Origin: an uncultured Candidatus Saccharibacteria bacterium
GTDB taxonomy: Bacteria > Patescibacteriota > Saccharimonadia > UBA4664 > CAZJNH01
Assembly: GCA_964547425.1 (NCBI GenBank)
Contig: CAZJNH010000004.1
Span: 7,226 to 71,225 of the forward strand
DNA: 64,000 bases
Direction of reading: 5' to 3'
Shown here one piece after another: positions 48,094 through 61,951 of the stretch (positions within the stretch are counted from its first letter, which is position 1; each line of letters begins with the position of its first letter). The position numbers and the translations under genes are program-made. The notes under the pieces were generated by a model, which worked only from the letters and a program-made list of their open reading frames with translations, was not told the origin of the DNA and searched no databases.

Positions 48094-49902
48094 CTAATTA
48101 AACTGCTTCGTGATCGGGAAGTCGTTGCTGGAGGAGTAATAGGAGTCGATTGTGTCGGTCTTGGTGACTTTACCATCCAGATTCATAACGTCACGCCAAA
48201 ACCGGGTGTGTGAGGGCTTTGTGGCGTCGCTATTGCCGGTGACGAAGACCGGCCCGCGAATCCGCCCGGACTTAGTCTTGGTACCGTAATAATCAAACTT
48301 CAGCGTGGTTCCGGAAATAACGGTCTGGATCAGGATATAGTGGCCGGTATCGTTGACGAACTTCAGGTCGGCTTGCGGGTAAAAAATCGTCGCGTCCACT
48401 CCGGGAATGCCGAAGGGAGCGGTGTAGTAAAACACAGCGTAGGAGTGGTTGTGGCGTTCGGTAATTGGCAGGCCTGCGAGTAGCGCCGCGCGGAAGGCGG
48501 TCGAGGCGACTTGGCACAGCCCCCCGCCGTACTGAAACTCTTCGTGGTTGCCGACAATAACCAGTCCCGGGACAAAGCCTTCGGCTGGGCCAACGTCGCC
48601 GAGGATTTTTCCAAAAGAGAATGTCTCCCCCGGCTTCAGCAGCACCCCGTTAAACTTAGAGGTCCCGACGGTAATGTTGGTAATCCGGTTGGGCGGCGAG
48701 CCGGGAAAGTAGGTTACTCCCTCGCTGATCAATTCTTTAATCCCGAGGTGGTTGAGGTTTTCCTCCGTCACGTCCGGATGGGAAACGGCCACGGTTAAGG
48801 TCAGATCCCGGTCCTCGGCCGGCATATTTAGCGCCTCCGTGATGTCGTTAATAGCCCCGACGCGGTCGAGGGCAATACCGTCCCGGCTGGGCTGAAAAAC
48901 CGTCGCCCGCCCGCCGACGATCGAAAGAGCGGCGTTCTGCCCTTTTTGGTCGACTTTAGCCGCCAGTCCGGCGACATAACCCGCAATAGCGGTTCGATCC
49001 ATTTCGAGATTAACGCCCGGAACCGCGCGGATTACCAGGTCATTCAAGCTCAGGCTGCCGAGCTGGGTGCTTTGCGAAGAGGTAATTTTGATCCAACTGA
49101 TAATGTCCCCCAGCCCGGCGGTGTAGGTAGCGTGGCTGACCTTCAGCTTTAGCGGACCGGCTAAGAATGTGTCGGCCTGGTGTTTGGCGGCTTCGAGTTC
49201 CGGCTTGCCGATCAGGGGATTCAGTACGTAAACCGGCATCACAACCGGCGAGGAGTTTGTGTGCGCCAGATGATCTTTGATCTCGGTGGCGCCCAAACCT
49301 AGATCGAGCCGTCGGCCCGACACCGAAGGGTTAACTTTGACGCTGCCTCCTTTGAAGCTAAGCGTCGCGTCGCTGACCGGTTTATCAACAATATCGGAAA
49401 TGTTGACGATGTATGGCGTCAATTTGGCATTACTGAAACTGTAGACCGCCACGTTAGTGGAGCGCGAAAATAGTGAACGCAGCCTGGAACGGACCTGGCC
49501 CAGGAGCGATCCTTGGCGGCCGTAGTTCATCGCGACATCCACGGTTTTTTCGGTGTCGAACTTAAAGTCCAAACTCGAAACCGGAATATATACGATAGTG
49601 TTGTTATACTTCAGCCCCAGTTGCTGGCCCGAGAAATCGTTGACCTTAGCTTGGACTGCTTTGACAGCGTCTGCCCGGGTCATTCCGCCCAGGTACACTC
49701 CGGCCGCGTTAACTCCCGGAACCACTTTGCCGCTATAAACCTTTTCAAACCCAACCAGCAGTAATCCGGCGATAATAACCAGCGCCAAAACAGCCGCGGC
49801 GGCGGTTTGCCAGCGGGGACGGCGGGGCGGAGCCGGTTCAGCCTGTTCGTCGATCGGCAAACTGTCCGGCAGAGCGTCCACTTTTATGTCTTTCTTGACC
49901 AT
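48094..49902 (-). CDS. VanW family protein with peptidoglycan-binding repeats
   Basis: TM; PGETFSF, GGGLCQVAST, ERHNHS, G.DATI, DLKFVND. Confidence 0.92.
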   Translation of the reverse strand: MVKKDIKVDALPDSLPIDEQAEPAPPRRPRWQTAAAAVLALVIIAGLLLVGFEKVYSGKVVPGVNAAGVYLGGMTRADAVKAVQAKVNDFSGQQLGLKYNNTIVYIPVSSLDFKFDTEKTVDVAMNYGRQGSLLGQVRSRLRSLFSRSTNVAVYSFSNAKLTPYIVNISDIVDKPVSDATLSFKGGSVKVNPSVSGRRLDLGLGATEIKDHLAHTNSSPVVMPVYVLNPLIGKPELEAAKHQADTFLAGPLKLKVSHATYTAGLGDIISWIKITSSQSTQLGSLSLNDLVIRAVPGVNLEMDRTAIAGYVAGLAAKVDQKGQNAALSIVGGRATVFQPSRDGIALDRVGAINDITEALNMPAEDRDLTLTVAVSHPDVTEENLNHLGIKELISEGVTYFPGSPPNRITNITVGTSKFNGVLLKPGETFSFGKILGDVGPAEGFVPGLVIVGNHEEFQYGGGLCQVASTAFRAALLAGLPITERHNHSYAVFYYTAPFGIPGVDATIFYPQADLKFVNDTGHYILIQTVISGTTLKFDYYGTKTKSGRIRGPVFVTGNSDATKPSHTRFWRDVMNLDGKVTKTDTIDSYYSSSNDFPITKQFN

Positions 49903-50029
49903 AACGTTTTAAGTATATCTGAAACCCCGATCACGATGAATCATTTTGTCCTTGATTGACAAACCGGCCTGGCAATCGTAAGGTTTGCCAAGATTCGAGG
50001 CGGAGTTGTTCCTCAACAAGGAGGCAGGC

Positions 50030-50560
50030 GTGAAGGTCACCGAGTCCGGCATCTCCGGGCTGTACTTCGTTGAGCTCGACGTGCGTGGAGACGAGCGCGG
50101 CAGCTTCACCGAGGTGTACCAGCTGGAAAAGATGGCTGCGGGCGGTTTGCCGGAACTCGGCGCCGTGCAATGGAATCGCAGTGTTTCCCAGTTGGGGACT
50201 TTGCGGGGCATCCACGCCGAGCCGTGGAAGAAGTTCGTTGCCGTGATGTACGGCGAGGCCTTCGGCGCCTGGGTGGATCTGCGGCCGGAGTCCCCGACCG
50301 CCGGCAAGGTTGAAACCTGGCAGCTGGACCGTGGCCATGCGGTGTTCATCACCCGGGGTATCGGTAACGCCTTCCAGGCGCTGACCGAACCGACGGTCTA
50401 CTGCTATTTGGTTAACGACCATTGGTCGCCGGACGTGAAGTATCGCGCGGTGGCGTGGGACGATCCGGCGCTCGCGATCGACTGGCCGATCACCGATAAT
50501 CGGTTGATCCTGTCCGACAAGGACCGGCAGAACCCAACTCTCGAGGAGGTACTGGGATGA
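50030..50560 (+). CDS. rmlC: dTDP-4-dehydrorhamnose 3,5-epimerase
   Basis: DERGSF, GTLRGIH, VDLRPESPT; GTG start after AAGGAGG. Confidence 0.93.
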   Translation: MKVTESGISGLYFVELDVRGDERGSFTEVYQLEKMAAGGLPELGAVQWNRSVSQLGTLRGIHAEPWKKFVAVMYGEAFGAWVDLRPESPTAGKVETWQLDRGHAVFITRGIGNAFQALTEPTVYCYLVNDHWSPDVKYRAVAWDDPALAIDWPITDNRLILSDKDRQNPTLEEVLG

Positions 50561-51368
50561 AGGTCGTCTATACGGGAGCGAACGGACAGCTCGGCCGAGC
50601 TTTAGGCAAGGTCTGGCCGGAAGCAATCGGCCTTGACCGCGAAGCGCTCGACCTGACTTGGCCCGACTACGCCATCCGGGAAAGGATCATGCAGTACGAG
50701 CCGGATGTAGTCATCAACTGCGCGGCGTACACCAGGGTCGACCTGGCTGAAGTGGAACCGTTCGACGCGCTTCAGATCAACGGCACGGCGGTTGCACCGA
50801 TCGCCGACGCCTGCAACAAACTGGACGCGCTGCTGATTCAGATCTCGACCGACTACGTCCACCCACGCGCGGAGTCGATCTACGCCGAATCCAAGCTGTG
50901 GGGCGAACGGGCGGCTGAGACTTCGAGGCGATACTGCATCATCCGCACCAGCTGGGTGTTTGGGGATGGCAGCAACTTCGTCCGCACGATGGCCGGATTG
51001 GCCGACAGACCGAGCCTTGAGGTTGTCGATAATGAAGTTGGCCGGCCAACGTACGCCGAGGATCTGGCGGCCGCGATCAAACACATTGTCGTCCGCGACG
51101 AAGATCCTTACGGGCTTCTTTGCATCCAAAACGACGGGGATGTGATCAGTTGGGCCGGCCTGGCCAAACAGATCTTCGCCGAGTTGGGTTCGCGAACCAA
51201 AGTGGTTCCGATCCTTGCCTCCGAATGGGGCCGCCGGGTGAAGGAGCAAGGCAAGCCCTACGCCAAGCGTCCCTTAACTTCGACCTTCGACCTCGGCTGG
51301 CTAGAGGAATACGGCATCGCAATGCCCGATTGGCGGCTGGCTGTGCGCCGATACCTCGCAACGCTTGA

Positions 51369-51387
<19 letters not shown>
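50557..51387 (+). CDS. rmlD: dTDP-4-dehydrorhamnose reductase
   Basis: TGANGQLG, NCAAYT.VD.AE, ISTDYV, YAESK, RTSWV. Confidence 0.92.
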
Positions 51388-53699
<2,312 letters not shown>

Positions 53700-54562
53700 A
53701 TGAAGGGCATTATTCTGGCCGGCGGATCGGGCACGCGTTTGTACCCGATCACCCAGGGCATCTCGAAACAGATTATGCCGATCTACGACAAGCCGATGAT
53801 CTACTATCCTTTGTCGACTTTGATGCTAGCTGGAATTAACGAAATCCTGATTATTTCCACGCCGCATGATCTGCCAGGATTCCAGCGTCTGCTGGGCGAC
53901 GGTTCGCAGTGGGGCTGCAAGTTCAGCTACGAGATCCAGGAAACTCCGGGTGGATTAGCCCAAGCTTTCATCATCGGCGAGAAGTTCATTGGCCAGGACA
54001 AAGTTTCCTTAATTTTAGGCGACAACATTTTTACGGATCGAACTTGAGCGAGAAACTCCAGGGCTGCATCAATCCGGCGGGCGGCATTATCTTCGCCTAC
54101 CACGTCTCCGATCCGGAGCGCTACGGAGTTGTGGAGTTCGGCAAAAATATGAAAGCCGTATCGATCGAGGAAAAACCAGCCAAGCCCAAAAGCCATTACG
54201 CAATCCCCGGTTTGTATTTTTTCGACAACGAAGCTATCGTGGCCGCTAAACAAGCCACCCCCAGCGCCCGGGGAGAATTAGAAATCACCGAGGTGCACAA
54301 TTACTATCTCCGAAAAAACCGGCTCAAAGTTGTAGTGATGGACCGCGGCACCGCCTGGCTCGACACCGGCACCTTTGACTCATTAGTCCAAGCCGCCGAA
54401 TTTGTCCGCGTGATCGAACAGCGCCAGGGCCTCAAAATCGGCTGCGTCGAAGAGGTGGCCTACCGCATGGGTTTCATCACCGCCAAACAGCTTAAAGACT
54501 TAGCCAAACCGCTTTTAAAGTCAGGTTACGGGCAGTATCTTGAAGAGGTACTAAATGAGTAA
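53700..54562 (+). pseudogene. rmlA: Glucose-1-phosphate thymidylyltransferase, frameshifted
   Basis: [11 protein letters not shown]-half and [22 protein letters not shown]-half lie in different frames; break at T5 run 54028-54032 within GDNIFYG; may be a sequencing error. Confidence 0.85.
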
Positions 54563-56465
54563 AAAAACTACTGCTTCCGGTTTGGGCTTAGACCGCTGGC
54601 TGCTCGGCGGTTTATTGGCGGCGGGGTTACTCAGCCTCGTTCTCCATATATTCTTGCTGCCGCTGTGGTTAGTCTTCCCGGCTGTATGGTTTGTCGCGGT
54701 TAATAGAAAAAATTGGTTAATCAACCTGCCGTTAATGTTTATGCTGAATCTTTGCTTCCTGATCCTAGCGGTCGCAGGTATGTCGTTTCTTCACATCCAT
54801 TTCGGCGCGATTTCCTTGGGCTTGGCAGGTATAGGCCTCAGCTTACTGGGATGGAAATTTAAAGAGAAACTGCGCCCAATATTCGAAACCGGGATAGACC
54901 ACTCGAAATTCAAGGATTTAGTGGCGGTCGCAGTTATTTACGGGCTGTTCGGCGTAGCGTTCGTCGCCCGAGTTGTAAGTGTTTTTCAGGCTCCAGCTCC
55001 GATCCTACACGACCCGGTTGCTCACGCGGTTTGGACCAAAAGCCTGCTGCAGTCCGGCGTCATAAACTTTTTTTACTCCCCTGGACTGCACATTATTTCG
55101 GCGTTCACGACACTGGCCGCCGGCTTAACTATTGCTCGCTCGATCAACCTTGTCACCAATTTCTTGAGTGCCTTCAGCGTACTTAGCTGGGGGCTTGCCG
55201 CCTTTGTGGTGGTAAGGCGTCGCAGTTATGCAGTAGCCGTCGCGGGCCTGACCCTGCTTGTTCCAATCCCCGCTTTACTTTACTTTACGGCCGGAAAAAA
55301 CGCGTTAGTCGTAGCGATCGCCTTCTTGCCTTTGGTGTTCGTTTTACTTGGCCGGGTTTTTGATAAGGCCAAGCATTGGTGGGCTTTGGCGGTCGCACTT
55401 GCGGCCGTAGGTTTTATTCACTACCCGACTTTTGGCTATGTTCTGGTCACGGCTGGGTTGGCCACCGCGGCGGTTTTTGCCCGGGATTTGGCCAGACGCC
55501 GATTTAACATCAAACTGGCACTCCGGCTTGTCCTGTCTTTAGCTTTACCAGCGATCATTATCGCTGGTTGGATCTGGCTTCATCCCGAGGCCAGCACTTC
55601 TGCGACAGGGGCTGCCGTCAGATCCCACGGCGCAGTTCAGGCGATCCGCGACAGCTTGGCAGAGTTTAAAGGATTCATTAAAACCAATGGGTCGAAGGTT
55701 CCTTTAGTTAGCTTTTTGTTTGTTCCGGTTTTATTTATTGGGGCAGTTTACGCCTTAGTCCGCAAGTTTCGGCCAGAGTCTTTGATAGCCTTGGCATTTT
55801 TAGCGGCAGTGTTTTCCATACCAACGCTTATCCGAATTCTGGGCACCAACAATGGTGACATTATCCGATCATCAGGTGTATTGTTGGTCTTCCAGGCCTT
55901 AACTTTGCTGGCTGCTTTTTTGATCAGCGACCAATGGTCTCAGCGCGATTGGTCTTGGATGAAGTGGCCGCTGGTAACGGCAAGTTTGTTGATTGTATGC
56001 GCCGCGGGGGCAAAACAGTATTACGAGTTCAAAAAAGCCAGCCATAATACCGCGGTTGTAGATGCTTATGATCTCGACGCGTTTAGCTGGATCAACCAAA
56101 ACTTAGATGGCGGCGCCAAGTTTATCAACAACGCAACCGTCAACCCCAAACGCCCTCTAGTTATATACCCGACCGATGGCGGCATGTGGCTACCGGTTTA
56201 CACCAGTAGCGCGATTTCGATGGGTTTTGTCGAAGCCGGAAACCAGGCTACCGCCGACCACTACAAAACATATCTGGGCCTATCGGTAAGCCAGTCTGTC
56301 GGCACCACGCTTTGCCGCTTTAAGGCTGAGGGTTACAACTACTACTACCAAGACGTAGGTATTTTTGGGCCATCATTCGATGCCAGTAAGTACCCCCTCA
56401 ACCTGAAGAAAATCTATACCAATCCCGAAGTCCAAATTTACAAGCTCGCCGATTGCCTTAGCTAG
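54555..56465 (+). CDS. Polytopic membrane protein, GT-C-like
   Basis: Many TM segments; HDPVAH, FYSPGLH, C-terminal extracellular domain. Confidence 0.7.
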   Translation: MSKKTTASGLGLDRWLLGGLLAAGLLSLVLHIFLLPLWLVFPAVWFVAVNRKNWLINLPLMFMLNLCFLILAVAGMSFLHIHFGAISLGLAGIGLSLLGWKFKEKLRPIFETGIDHSKFKDLVAVAVIYGLFGVAFVARVVSVFQAPAPILHDPVAHAVWTKSLLQSGVINFFYSPGLHIISAFTTLAAGLTIARSINLVTNFLSAFSVLSWGLAAFVVVRRRSYAVAVAGLTLLVPIPALLYFTAGKNALVVAIAFLPLVFVLLGRVFDKAKHWWALAVALAAVGFIHYPTFGYVLVTAGLATAAVFARDLARRRFNIKLALRLVLSLALPAIIIAGWIWLHPEASTSATGAAVRSHGAVQAIRDSLAEFKGFIKTNGSKVPLVSFLFVPVLFIGAVYALVRKFRPESLIALAFLAAVFSIPTLIRILGTNNGDIIRSSGVLLVFQALTLLAAFLISDQWSQRDWSWMKWPLVTASLLIVCAAGAKQYYEFKKASHNTAVVDAYDLDAFSWINQNLDGGAKFINNATVNPKRPLVIYPTDGGMWLPVYTSSAISMGFVEAGNQATADHYKTYLGLSVSQSVGTTLCRFKAEGYNYYYQDVGIFGPSFDASKYPLNLKKIYTNPEVQIYKLADCLS

Positions 56466-57405
56466 TCTCGGCCAGCCGGGGCCGGGCAAAAAAGAGCCAC
56501 AATATAAACAAACTGCTAAATAGTACCGCCCGGTCGATGAGTGAGACTGAGAGCAGCTGCGCTGTCGAGAAACCGACTACACTCGAGGAGAAAATATAAA
56601 TCGCCTCTTTAACACCGAGATTGGCTGGGGTGATGTTAACAAATAGGCTCAGGCTGCCCAGCGTACTCAAAAGCAACAGGCTGGCGAATGAAATCGGCAG
56701 ATGAAGAGCGGTCACGATAATCTTGGTGTCGACGATGGTTAGTAGGACATTGAAGGCGGTAATCGCTATTAGCTGGAGCATCAGGCGTCGATCGTTGGAG
56801 ATTACTCTCCAGCCGTCGTTGACTTGGCGGACCCTTCGCCAGAGTCTGGCGGGGATACCCTTGTTTTCACCAAGCTCAGACCGGCTGCCGGGCAGTTTTA
56901 CAACCGATAGAGCAATCGAGCCGACGAAAATAGCCGCAAACATCAAAAGCAGAGTGTAGTACTGCGGATTCGCCTGGGCCCGCAACAACCATAGGGCCAG
57001 CAGGCCAAAGCTTGAGCTAACTAGAAAAACAATAATGTAGTTACCCGACAAAATCGAAATGTAGTCGGCATAGTCCAGGCCATGTTTTTGTTTCAAGTAG
57101 ATGCCGCGAAAACCGAAACCGGCTCCCACCGGCGCGAAGAAATTACCGACCGAAGCTACTAGCGAAATATAGAAGCTTTCGGCGTATGAGATTGATTTTT
57201 TAAACGGCAGCAAAATCAGTTTGATAAAAACGCCGTTGGAGAAGATGCCGACCAAGTCGATAGCAAAAATAATCAGCAGCAGAGCAATGTTAAGGTGCAA
57301 TAGCGGTGTAAAGTTGTGCTGGTTTAAGCGAAAATAGATCAGAAATAGCGCAATCGGTAACGCGGTCAGAATCAACCGAGCCGGCTTCGAACTTACTAAC
57401 TTCAT
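56458..57405 (-). CDS. Lysylphosphatidylglycerol synthase TM / flippase-like protein
   Basis: GNFFAP..G..R..YLK, TPANLGVKEA, DR motifs. Confidence 0.85.
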   Translation of the reverse strand: MKLVSSKPARLILTALPIALFLIYFRLNQHNFTPLLHLNIALLLIIFAIDLVGIFSNGVFIKLILLPFKKSISYAESFYISLVASVGNFFAPVGAGFGFRGIYLKQKHGLDYADYISILSGNYIIVFLVSSSFGLLALWLLRAQANPQYYTLLLMFAAIFVGSIALSVVKLPGSRSELGENKGIPARLWRRVRQVNDGWRVISNDRRLMLQLIAITAFNVLLTIVDTKIIVTALHLPISFASLLLLSTLGSLSLFVNITPANLGVKEAIYIFSSSVVGFSTAQLLSVSLIDRAVLFSSLFILWLFFARPRLAETS

Positions 57406-58325
57406 TGCTGTCGGTACTGCCGTAATTTTTGCAGCCCATCTTCAAGCGAAATTAAAGGCCGGCCTAATAGTTGTTTCATCTTAGAGTTGTCGGGCTGACG
57501 CCTGGTCATATCCCCTTCTTTCAGAGCGGGTAAATGGACGATCTTTGACTTGGATCCGACGGTCTTAATGATGGTTTCAGCCAATTCCTTGATCGTAATC
57601 TCGGAGTCGTTGCCGATATTGATAACCTCGTTTTCGGTGTCTTTACGGTCAAGTACCTTTATGGTGGCTTCGATATTGTCGTCGACGAAACAGAAGGTCC
57701 TCGTTTGGCTGCCGTCACCATAGACCGTAATGTCTTTGCCTTGTTCGGCGGCGTCCAAAAACTTGGACATCACAAAGTCGGTGCTTTGGCGCGGCCCGTA
57801 GGTGTTAAAAAAGCGGAAAATGGTGAAGTTCAGCCCGAATTCCTTTTGGTAGGATTTTAGGAATGACTCGCCGACGTTTTTAACCACCGCGTAGGGAAGC
57901 CGCGAGTTTAGTGGCGTAGTTTCTTCGTGTTGCGGAAGCTCCACCGGTTCGCCGTACACTTCCGATGACGATGAGAACAGCACTCGTTTTACTCCAGTAC
58001 TTTTGGCCAAATCGAGGACGTTACGAAAACCTTCAATGTCGTTTAGGACCATCACCGGATTTTCGAGAGTCCGTTTTACCCCAACTACCGCGGCGTAGTG
58101 ATAGATGTAATCGAATTTGTGGCTGTGAAAAACCGGGGAGAGATCCCGGAATGAGTTGGCATCCGCCTTGATGAAGGTAACGTTTTTGCCCGAAGGAATA
58201 TTCTCCTCTTTTCCGGTAAGTAAATTGTCGACGATTACGACTTCATTACCGGCGTCTTTAGCCAGTTTCTCAGCCAAGTTACTGCCAATGAATCCAGCCC
58301 CGCCTGTCACCAAAAAATTACTCAC
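57402..58325 (-). CDS. NAD-dependent nucleotide-sugar epimerase/dehydratase
   Basis: [30 protein letters not shown]. Confidence 0.93.
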   Translation of the reverse strand: MSNFLVTGGAGFIGSNLAEKLAKDAGNEVVIVDNLLTGKEENIPSGKNVTFIKADANSFRDLSPVFHSHKFDYIYHYAAVVGVKRTLENPVMVLNDIEGFRNVLDLAKSTGVKRVLFSSSSEVYGEPVELPQHEETTPLNSRLPYAVVKNVGESFLKSYQKEFGLNFTIFRFFNTYGPRQSTDFVMSKFLDAAEQGKDITVYGDGSQTRTFCFVDDNIEATIKVLDRKDTENEVINIGNDSEITIKELAETIIKTVGSKSKIVHLPALKEGDMTRRQPDNSKMKQLLGRPLISLEDGLQKLRQYRQQ

Positions 58326-59218
58326 AAGAGTCCTTTCGGCAAATTCGAACGGTTGGTCAGCAAAACGTTGCTGTTAGCCAACGACGCCAATTGCCTGCTG
58401 GTTTTAATTCTTGAGAGTCCAGATTTTCGTTCATCGATTTCAAAGCAGTTTTTGTATAGTTTCATTAAACTTTCGGCGAGATCTTCGGTGTTTGTGCCGC
58501 TTCGCCGAAGCATCCCAGTATCAAACTCTAACAGTAAGTCTACCCCTTTCCCGATGGTTTTTTTGCCTCCGGCCAGTACCTGTCCTTCGTACCCTTCGAC
58601 ATCCATTTTGATCAAATCAACACTTAATTTCTTGTCCCTTACAAAATTATCAATGGTTTCGAGTTCGATTGTGATCTTTTCGCTCCCGGGCTTCGCCGCT
58701 ATCGAATGTGTGCCGATGCTATCCTTTGCCAGGGTAATTTTTGTCTGTCCCCGCTTCTCCCCCAGTGCTTTCGTGACAATCGTAACGTTCCTCGCTTTGT
58801 TATGCTCAACGTTTTTACGCAAAATTGCTATGTTTTCGGGAACAGGCTCGAACGCGTAAACCTTCCCTTTGGCTCCGACACTATCGCTGCCTATAAGAGC
58901 GTAGATCCCTAAATTTGAGCCTACGTCTAGGACAGTCATTCCGGGTTTTAGCAGAGTCCGGTAAGTATTGAGCTCGAGCTCTTCATAGTCCTGGTTGATA
59001 ATGCTGGGAACCATAGATACGTCTTTGGTATGAACATAAAGCTCCTTGCCCCTAAAGTTTATTAATTTTTCTTCCCGTTTGTGGCTGAGCAGGAAGAGCC
59101 GCTTAAACACCCACGAAGTAACTGGGAGTCGGTGTACCCAGGTATTACGAAACATCCGCCGCGCGATTTTAATTAACGCTAGGGTCGCTCTTTCGATTGG
59201 TGAAGGTTGTTCTTTCAT
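58322..59218 (-). CDS. FkbM family methyltransferase
   Basis: LDVGSNLG, AFEP, IKMDVEGYE. Confidence 0.92.
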   Translation of the reverse strand: MKEQPSPIERATLALIKIARRMFRNTWVHRLPVTSWVFKRLFLLSHKREEKLINFRGKELYVHTKDVSMVPSIINQDYEELELNTYRTLLKPGMTVLDVGSNLGIYALIGSDSVGAKGKVYAFEPVPENIAILRKNVEHNKARNVTIVTKALGEKRGQTKITLAKDSIGTHSIAAKPGSEKITIELETIDNFVRDKKLSVDLIKMDVEGYEGQVLAGGKKTIGKGVDLLLEFDTGMLRRSGTNTEDLAESLMKLYKNCFEIDERKSGLSRIKTSRQLASLANSNVLLTNRSNLPKGLL

Positions 59219-61191
59219 GGCAATATCCTAGTGAGGTAAAAAGTTGTGGTTGGGTAGCTAACGGTTCCGATCGGTTTAGCGCAGGGCAGCGCAAGAGGGT
59301 GGATCGACAAGGCAAATTGAATGTTTGCCTTAACAAACGGGCTGCAGTCGAATTTTACGACGAAGGTGTCCTCGGTGTTAGCCCGGATCGGATCGGCCAT
59401 CGCGGCATCATCAACGAATATCGCATGGCCTTCCCGATTGTAAATGTTTTCGTACTTATTACCCAACTTGCTCCAAACCATCTTGTCGGGATAGACCTGA
59501 GTACCGCCGATTGAACGCCTTCCAGCCAACAATCCAAAATTCTCATACTCCATGGCGTCTGACCCAACCGTCACCCAGCTGTCCGACGGGCCCGACACAC
59601 TCTCCATCCGGCTTACCAACCGACTGTGCGTCAGCTCGCCAAGCCCCTTATATATAGGCAATACGCGGAAGCTGCTAACCGCCGTGAACAAAAACAGCAA
59701 CGCCGCCGCCAAAGTTAGCCGGCCAGCTACAAAAGCCCCAACTATTGCCGAAAACGCTCCGGCTAGCCCTATGATCACGTAGGGATTAGCCAGGAATTTT
59801 GGATAGTGGCCGATGATAAACCAGCCAACGGCAATCAGGATTAAAAAAGTAATCAGGCTAAAAATCGCGGCGGCTTTGTCGAGTTTTGGCTGAGATATCC
59901 CCGCCCTTCTGACTTTTTTAATGAAATACAGCATATGGAGCAGGCCTAAAAAGCCGATTCCGATTACCAGCCGCTTGTTAGGAACCTTTTGCAGAAATAG
60001 CAGTTTAAATAACCCGCTTCCGTAGGGCAGAAAAGCTCTCGCGAAAAACAGCAGGGCTAGCACCTGGAGGCTGGTAAAAATCCAATCCGGCCTGCGCTTT
60101 TTCTTCCATTCATAAAGTTGGAGCATCAGACCGGGAACAATTAGAAACGGCAGCAACAGGATAAAGTTCGAAGCCTCGCTGGGGTTGCGGAAGAAATAGT
60201 GGCTGCGGTATATGCCTTGCTCTATCGGCATCACGAAAGAATCGAAGATATTTAAGGCCTTGAGATCGCCGCTTTCTGCCACCCTGTGTCCGGGATAAAC
60301 CGAGTTGTTAACGGCCGCAATCGCTTTATTGTGGGTGAGCAAAAACAGTACCAGTACCGCTCCAGCAGCGATAACGGAAGCTAGTATCCAGATAGATCTT
60401 TTTAGAAGGGTGCTCCACTCGATCTTTTCACCGTAGCGGCTATGCAATAAATAACCCACGCCGAAGAAAAGTAAGACGACGGCGACAGGAATCTGAAACG
60501 GCGGATATAGGATTAAACCGAAACAGGCGGCGATAAATCCGAGAGCGGCCGCTTGTACCATTCGGCTTTTTGGTAGATTTTTGATTAGCCTAATTGGCTC
60601 GTTGCCAATAATCCGCATTGCCAGAATTGCCATCATGAAACTGTAGGCGGCCGATAAAAACGCCGTGCTTTGGTACCACCACAATTCGAATGGAGATGCC
60701 CCAACCGCCAAGCTAAACAGGATCGCGAAGAGTTTTTTGCCGGGCATTAAGCGCAGCACAAAAAAGTAACAGCTCACTATGAGTAAATACATCAGCAGCC
60801 ACCACCTAAAAGCAAAGGCGGACTCCAGTGGTAATACAAAAAAGCTCCAGTTTTGGGGCTTAAAGATCGTTGACCAATCCTTGGTGGGAACCTCAGCCTG
60901 TAAGCTCAAATCCTGGCCGTCCCCCATATGGGAATTTATCCTCGGAAAGCCTTGCCTGGATTGAGCGACCGTTAACTGGGTGACAACCAACCATTCATCG
61001 GAGCGGATCGTTCTCGCCTTGCCAAAGATAAGGCTTGGGTCTTTGGCGGGTCCGTTTAGGCTCGCCCGATACACTCCGGCCGACGTCCCGCTAACACGCA
61101 GAGCGGCCAGGATAACTACTACGGCAAACAATGCGACGGGAAAGGTCCACACTGACTTTCGCGCCCATCTGCCCAGTTTCTTTATTTGCAT
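59215..61191 (-). CDS. Polytopic membrane protein, putative GT-C glycan-modifying enzyme
   Basis: IRSDEW loop motif, YPPFQ, YPG.R, many TM segments. Confidence 0.7.
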   Translation of the reverse strand: MQIKKLGRWARKSVWTFPVALFAVVVILAALRVSGTSAGVYRASLNGPAKDPSLIFGKARTIRSDEWLVVTQLTVAQSRQGFPRINSHMGDGQDLSLQAEVPTKDWSTIFKPQNWSFFVLPLESAFAFRWWLLMYLLIVSCYFFVLRLMPGKKLFAILFSLAVGASPFELWWYQSTAFLSAAYSFMMAILAMRIIGNEPIRLIKNLPKSRMVQAAALGFIAACFGLILYPPFQIPVAVVLLFFGVGYLLHSRYGEKIEWSTLLKRSIWILASVIAAGAVLVLFLLTHNKAIAAVNNSVYPGHRVAESGDLKALNIFDSFVMPIEQGIYRSHYFFRNPSEASNFILLLPFLIVPGLMLQLYEWKKKRRPDWIFTSLQVLALLFFARAFLPYGSGLFKLLFLQKVPNKRLVIGIGFLGLLHMLYFIKKVRRAGISQPKLDKAAAIFSLITFLILIAVGWFIIGHYPKFLANPYVIIGLAGAFSAIVGAFVAGRLTLAAALLFLFTAVSSFRVLPIYKGLGELTHSRLVSRMESVSGPSDSWVTVGSDAMEYENFGLLAGRRSIGGTQVYPDKMVWSKLGNKYENIYNREGHAIFVDDAAMADPIRANTEDTFVVKFDCSPFVKANIQFALSIHPLALPCAKPIGTVSYPTTTFYLTRILP

Positions 61192-61210
61192 ATCGCTAGA
61201 TTATACTTGG

Positions 61211-61951
61211 TTGGTGAGCTATAACCCACCACGGTATTTGTTTAGGCGGTACGCGCTTTTGCGGCGAGTTAAGCCCGGTGATTCTTTTCTGGAAATCGGC
61301 CCCGGCAACTTTAAACTCAGCCGGGAACTGCTGAAGAAATTCAAGAACGGCGTGGCGATCGATTTCGAGGACAAGGTAAAGAATTATTACGATGTGTTGG
61401 CGCCGGAAGACAAACAAAGAATGGAGCTAGTGATCGGTGACTTCACGAAGCATAAATTCAAACAGAAATTTGACTGCGTCGTAGCTTGCGAGGTCATGGA
61501 ACATATCGATGATGACAAGAAGTTCTTAACTGAAATTGCCAAGCTCCTAAAACCAGGGGGGCAAATACTTATTTCGGTACCGGCGCGGCAAAAATTCTGG
61601 ACGGTACACGACGAAGTTGTCGGCCACGTCCGCCGCTATGAAAAAGCGGCGACAGCCAAATTATTTGAGGCTGCCGGATACAAAAACGTACGCGTTTACT
61701 CCTATGGCTTCCCGTTTGTGAATTTTTTCTGGTTCTTGCGGTCCTTCCACGGCAGAATTCAAAAACGGCAAAAGGCCGGCTGGTCGAAGGAGAAGCAAAC
61801 CAAGGAAAGCGGTGTCGGCCAGCTGCCCAAGTTTCTGGATGTATTTGGAGTTGTGGTCAACAAATACACCTTCTACCTGCCAAACATATTGTCTTCCGTA
61901 TTCGACAACTACGATCTATCAGAGGGCTATATTATCGACGCGGAGCGCTAG
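61211..61951 (+). CDS. Class I SAM-dependent methyltransferase
   Basis: LEIGPG, EVMEHIDDD, LKPGG, GHVRRY; start trimmed to avoid overlap with the divergent gene. Confidence 0.88.
   Translation: MVSYNPPRYLFRRYALLRRVKPGDSFLEIGPGNFKLSRELLKKFKNGVAIDFEDKVKNYYDVLAPEDKQRMELVIGDFTKHKFKQKFDCVVACEVMEHIDDDKKFLTEIAKLLKPGGQILISVPARQKFWTVHDEVVGHVRRYEKAATAKLFEAAGYKNVRVYSYGFPFVNFFWFLRSFHGRIQKRQKAGWSKEKQTKESGVGQLPKFLDVFGVVVNKYTFYLPNILSSVFDNYDLSEGYIIDAER

Noticed and set aside
48094-49902. Vancomycin resistance locus
   Set aside because: A VanW domain alone, without vanHAX or vanRS, is not evidence of resistance.
49909-51249. Long antisense ORFs over rmlC/rmlD, and similar shadows over dnaK, ftsH and the histidine kinase
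   Set aside because: Expected shadow frames of GC-rich coding sequence, with no recognisable motifs.
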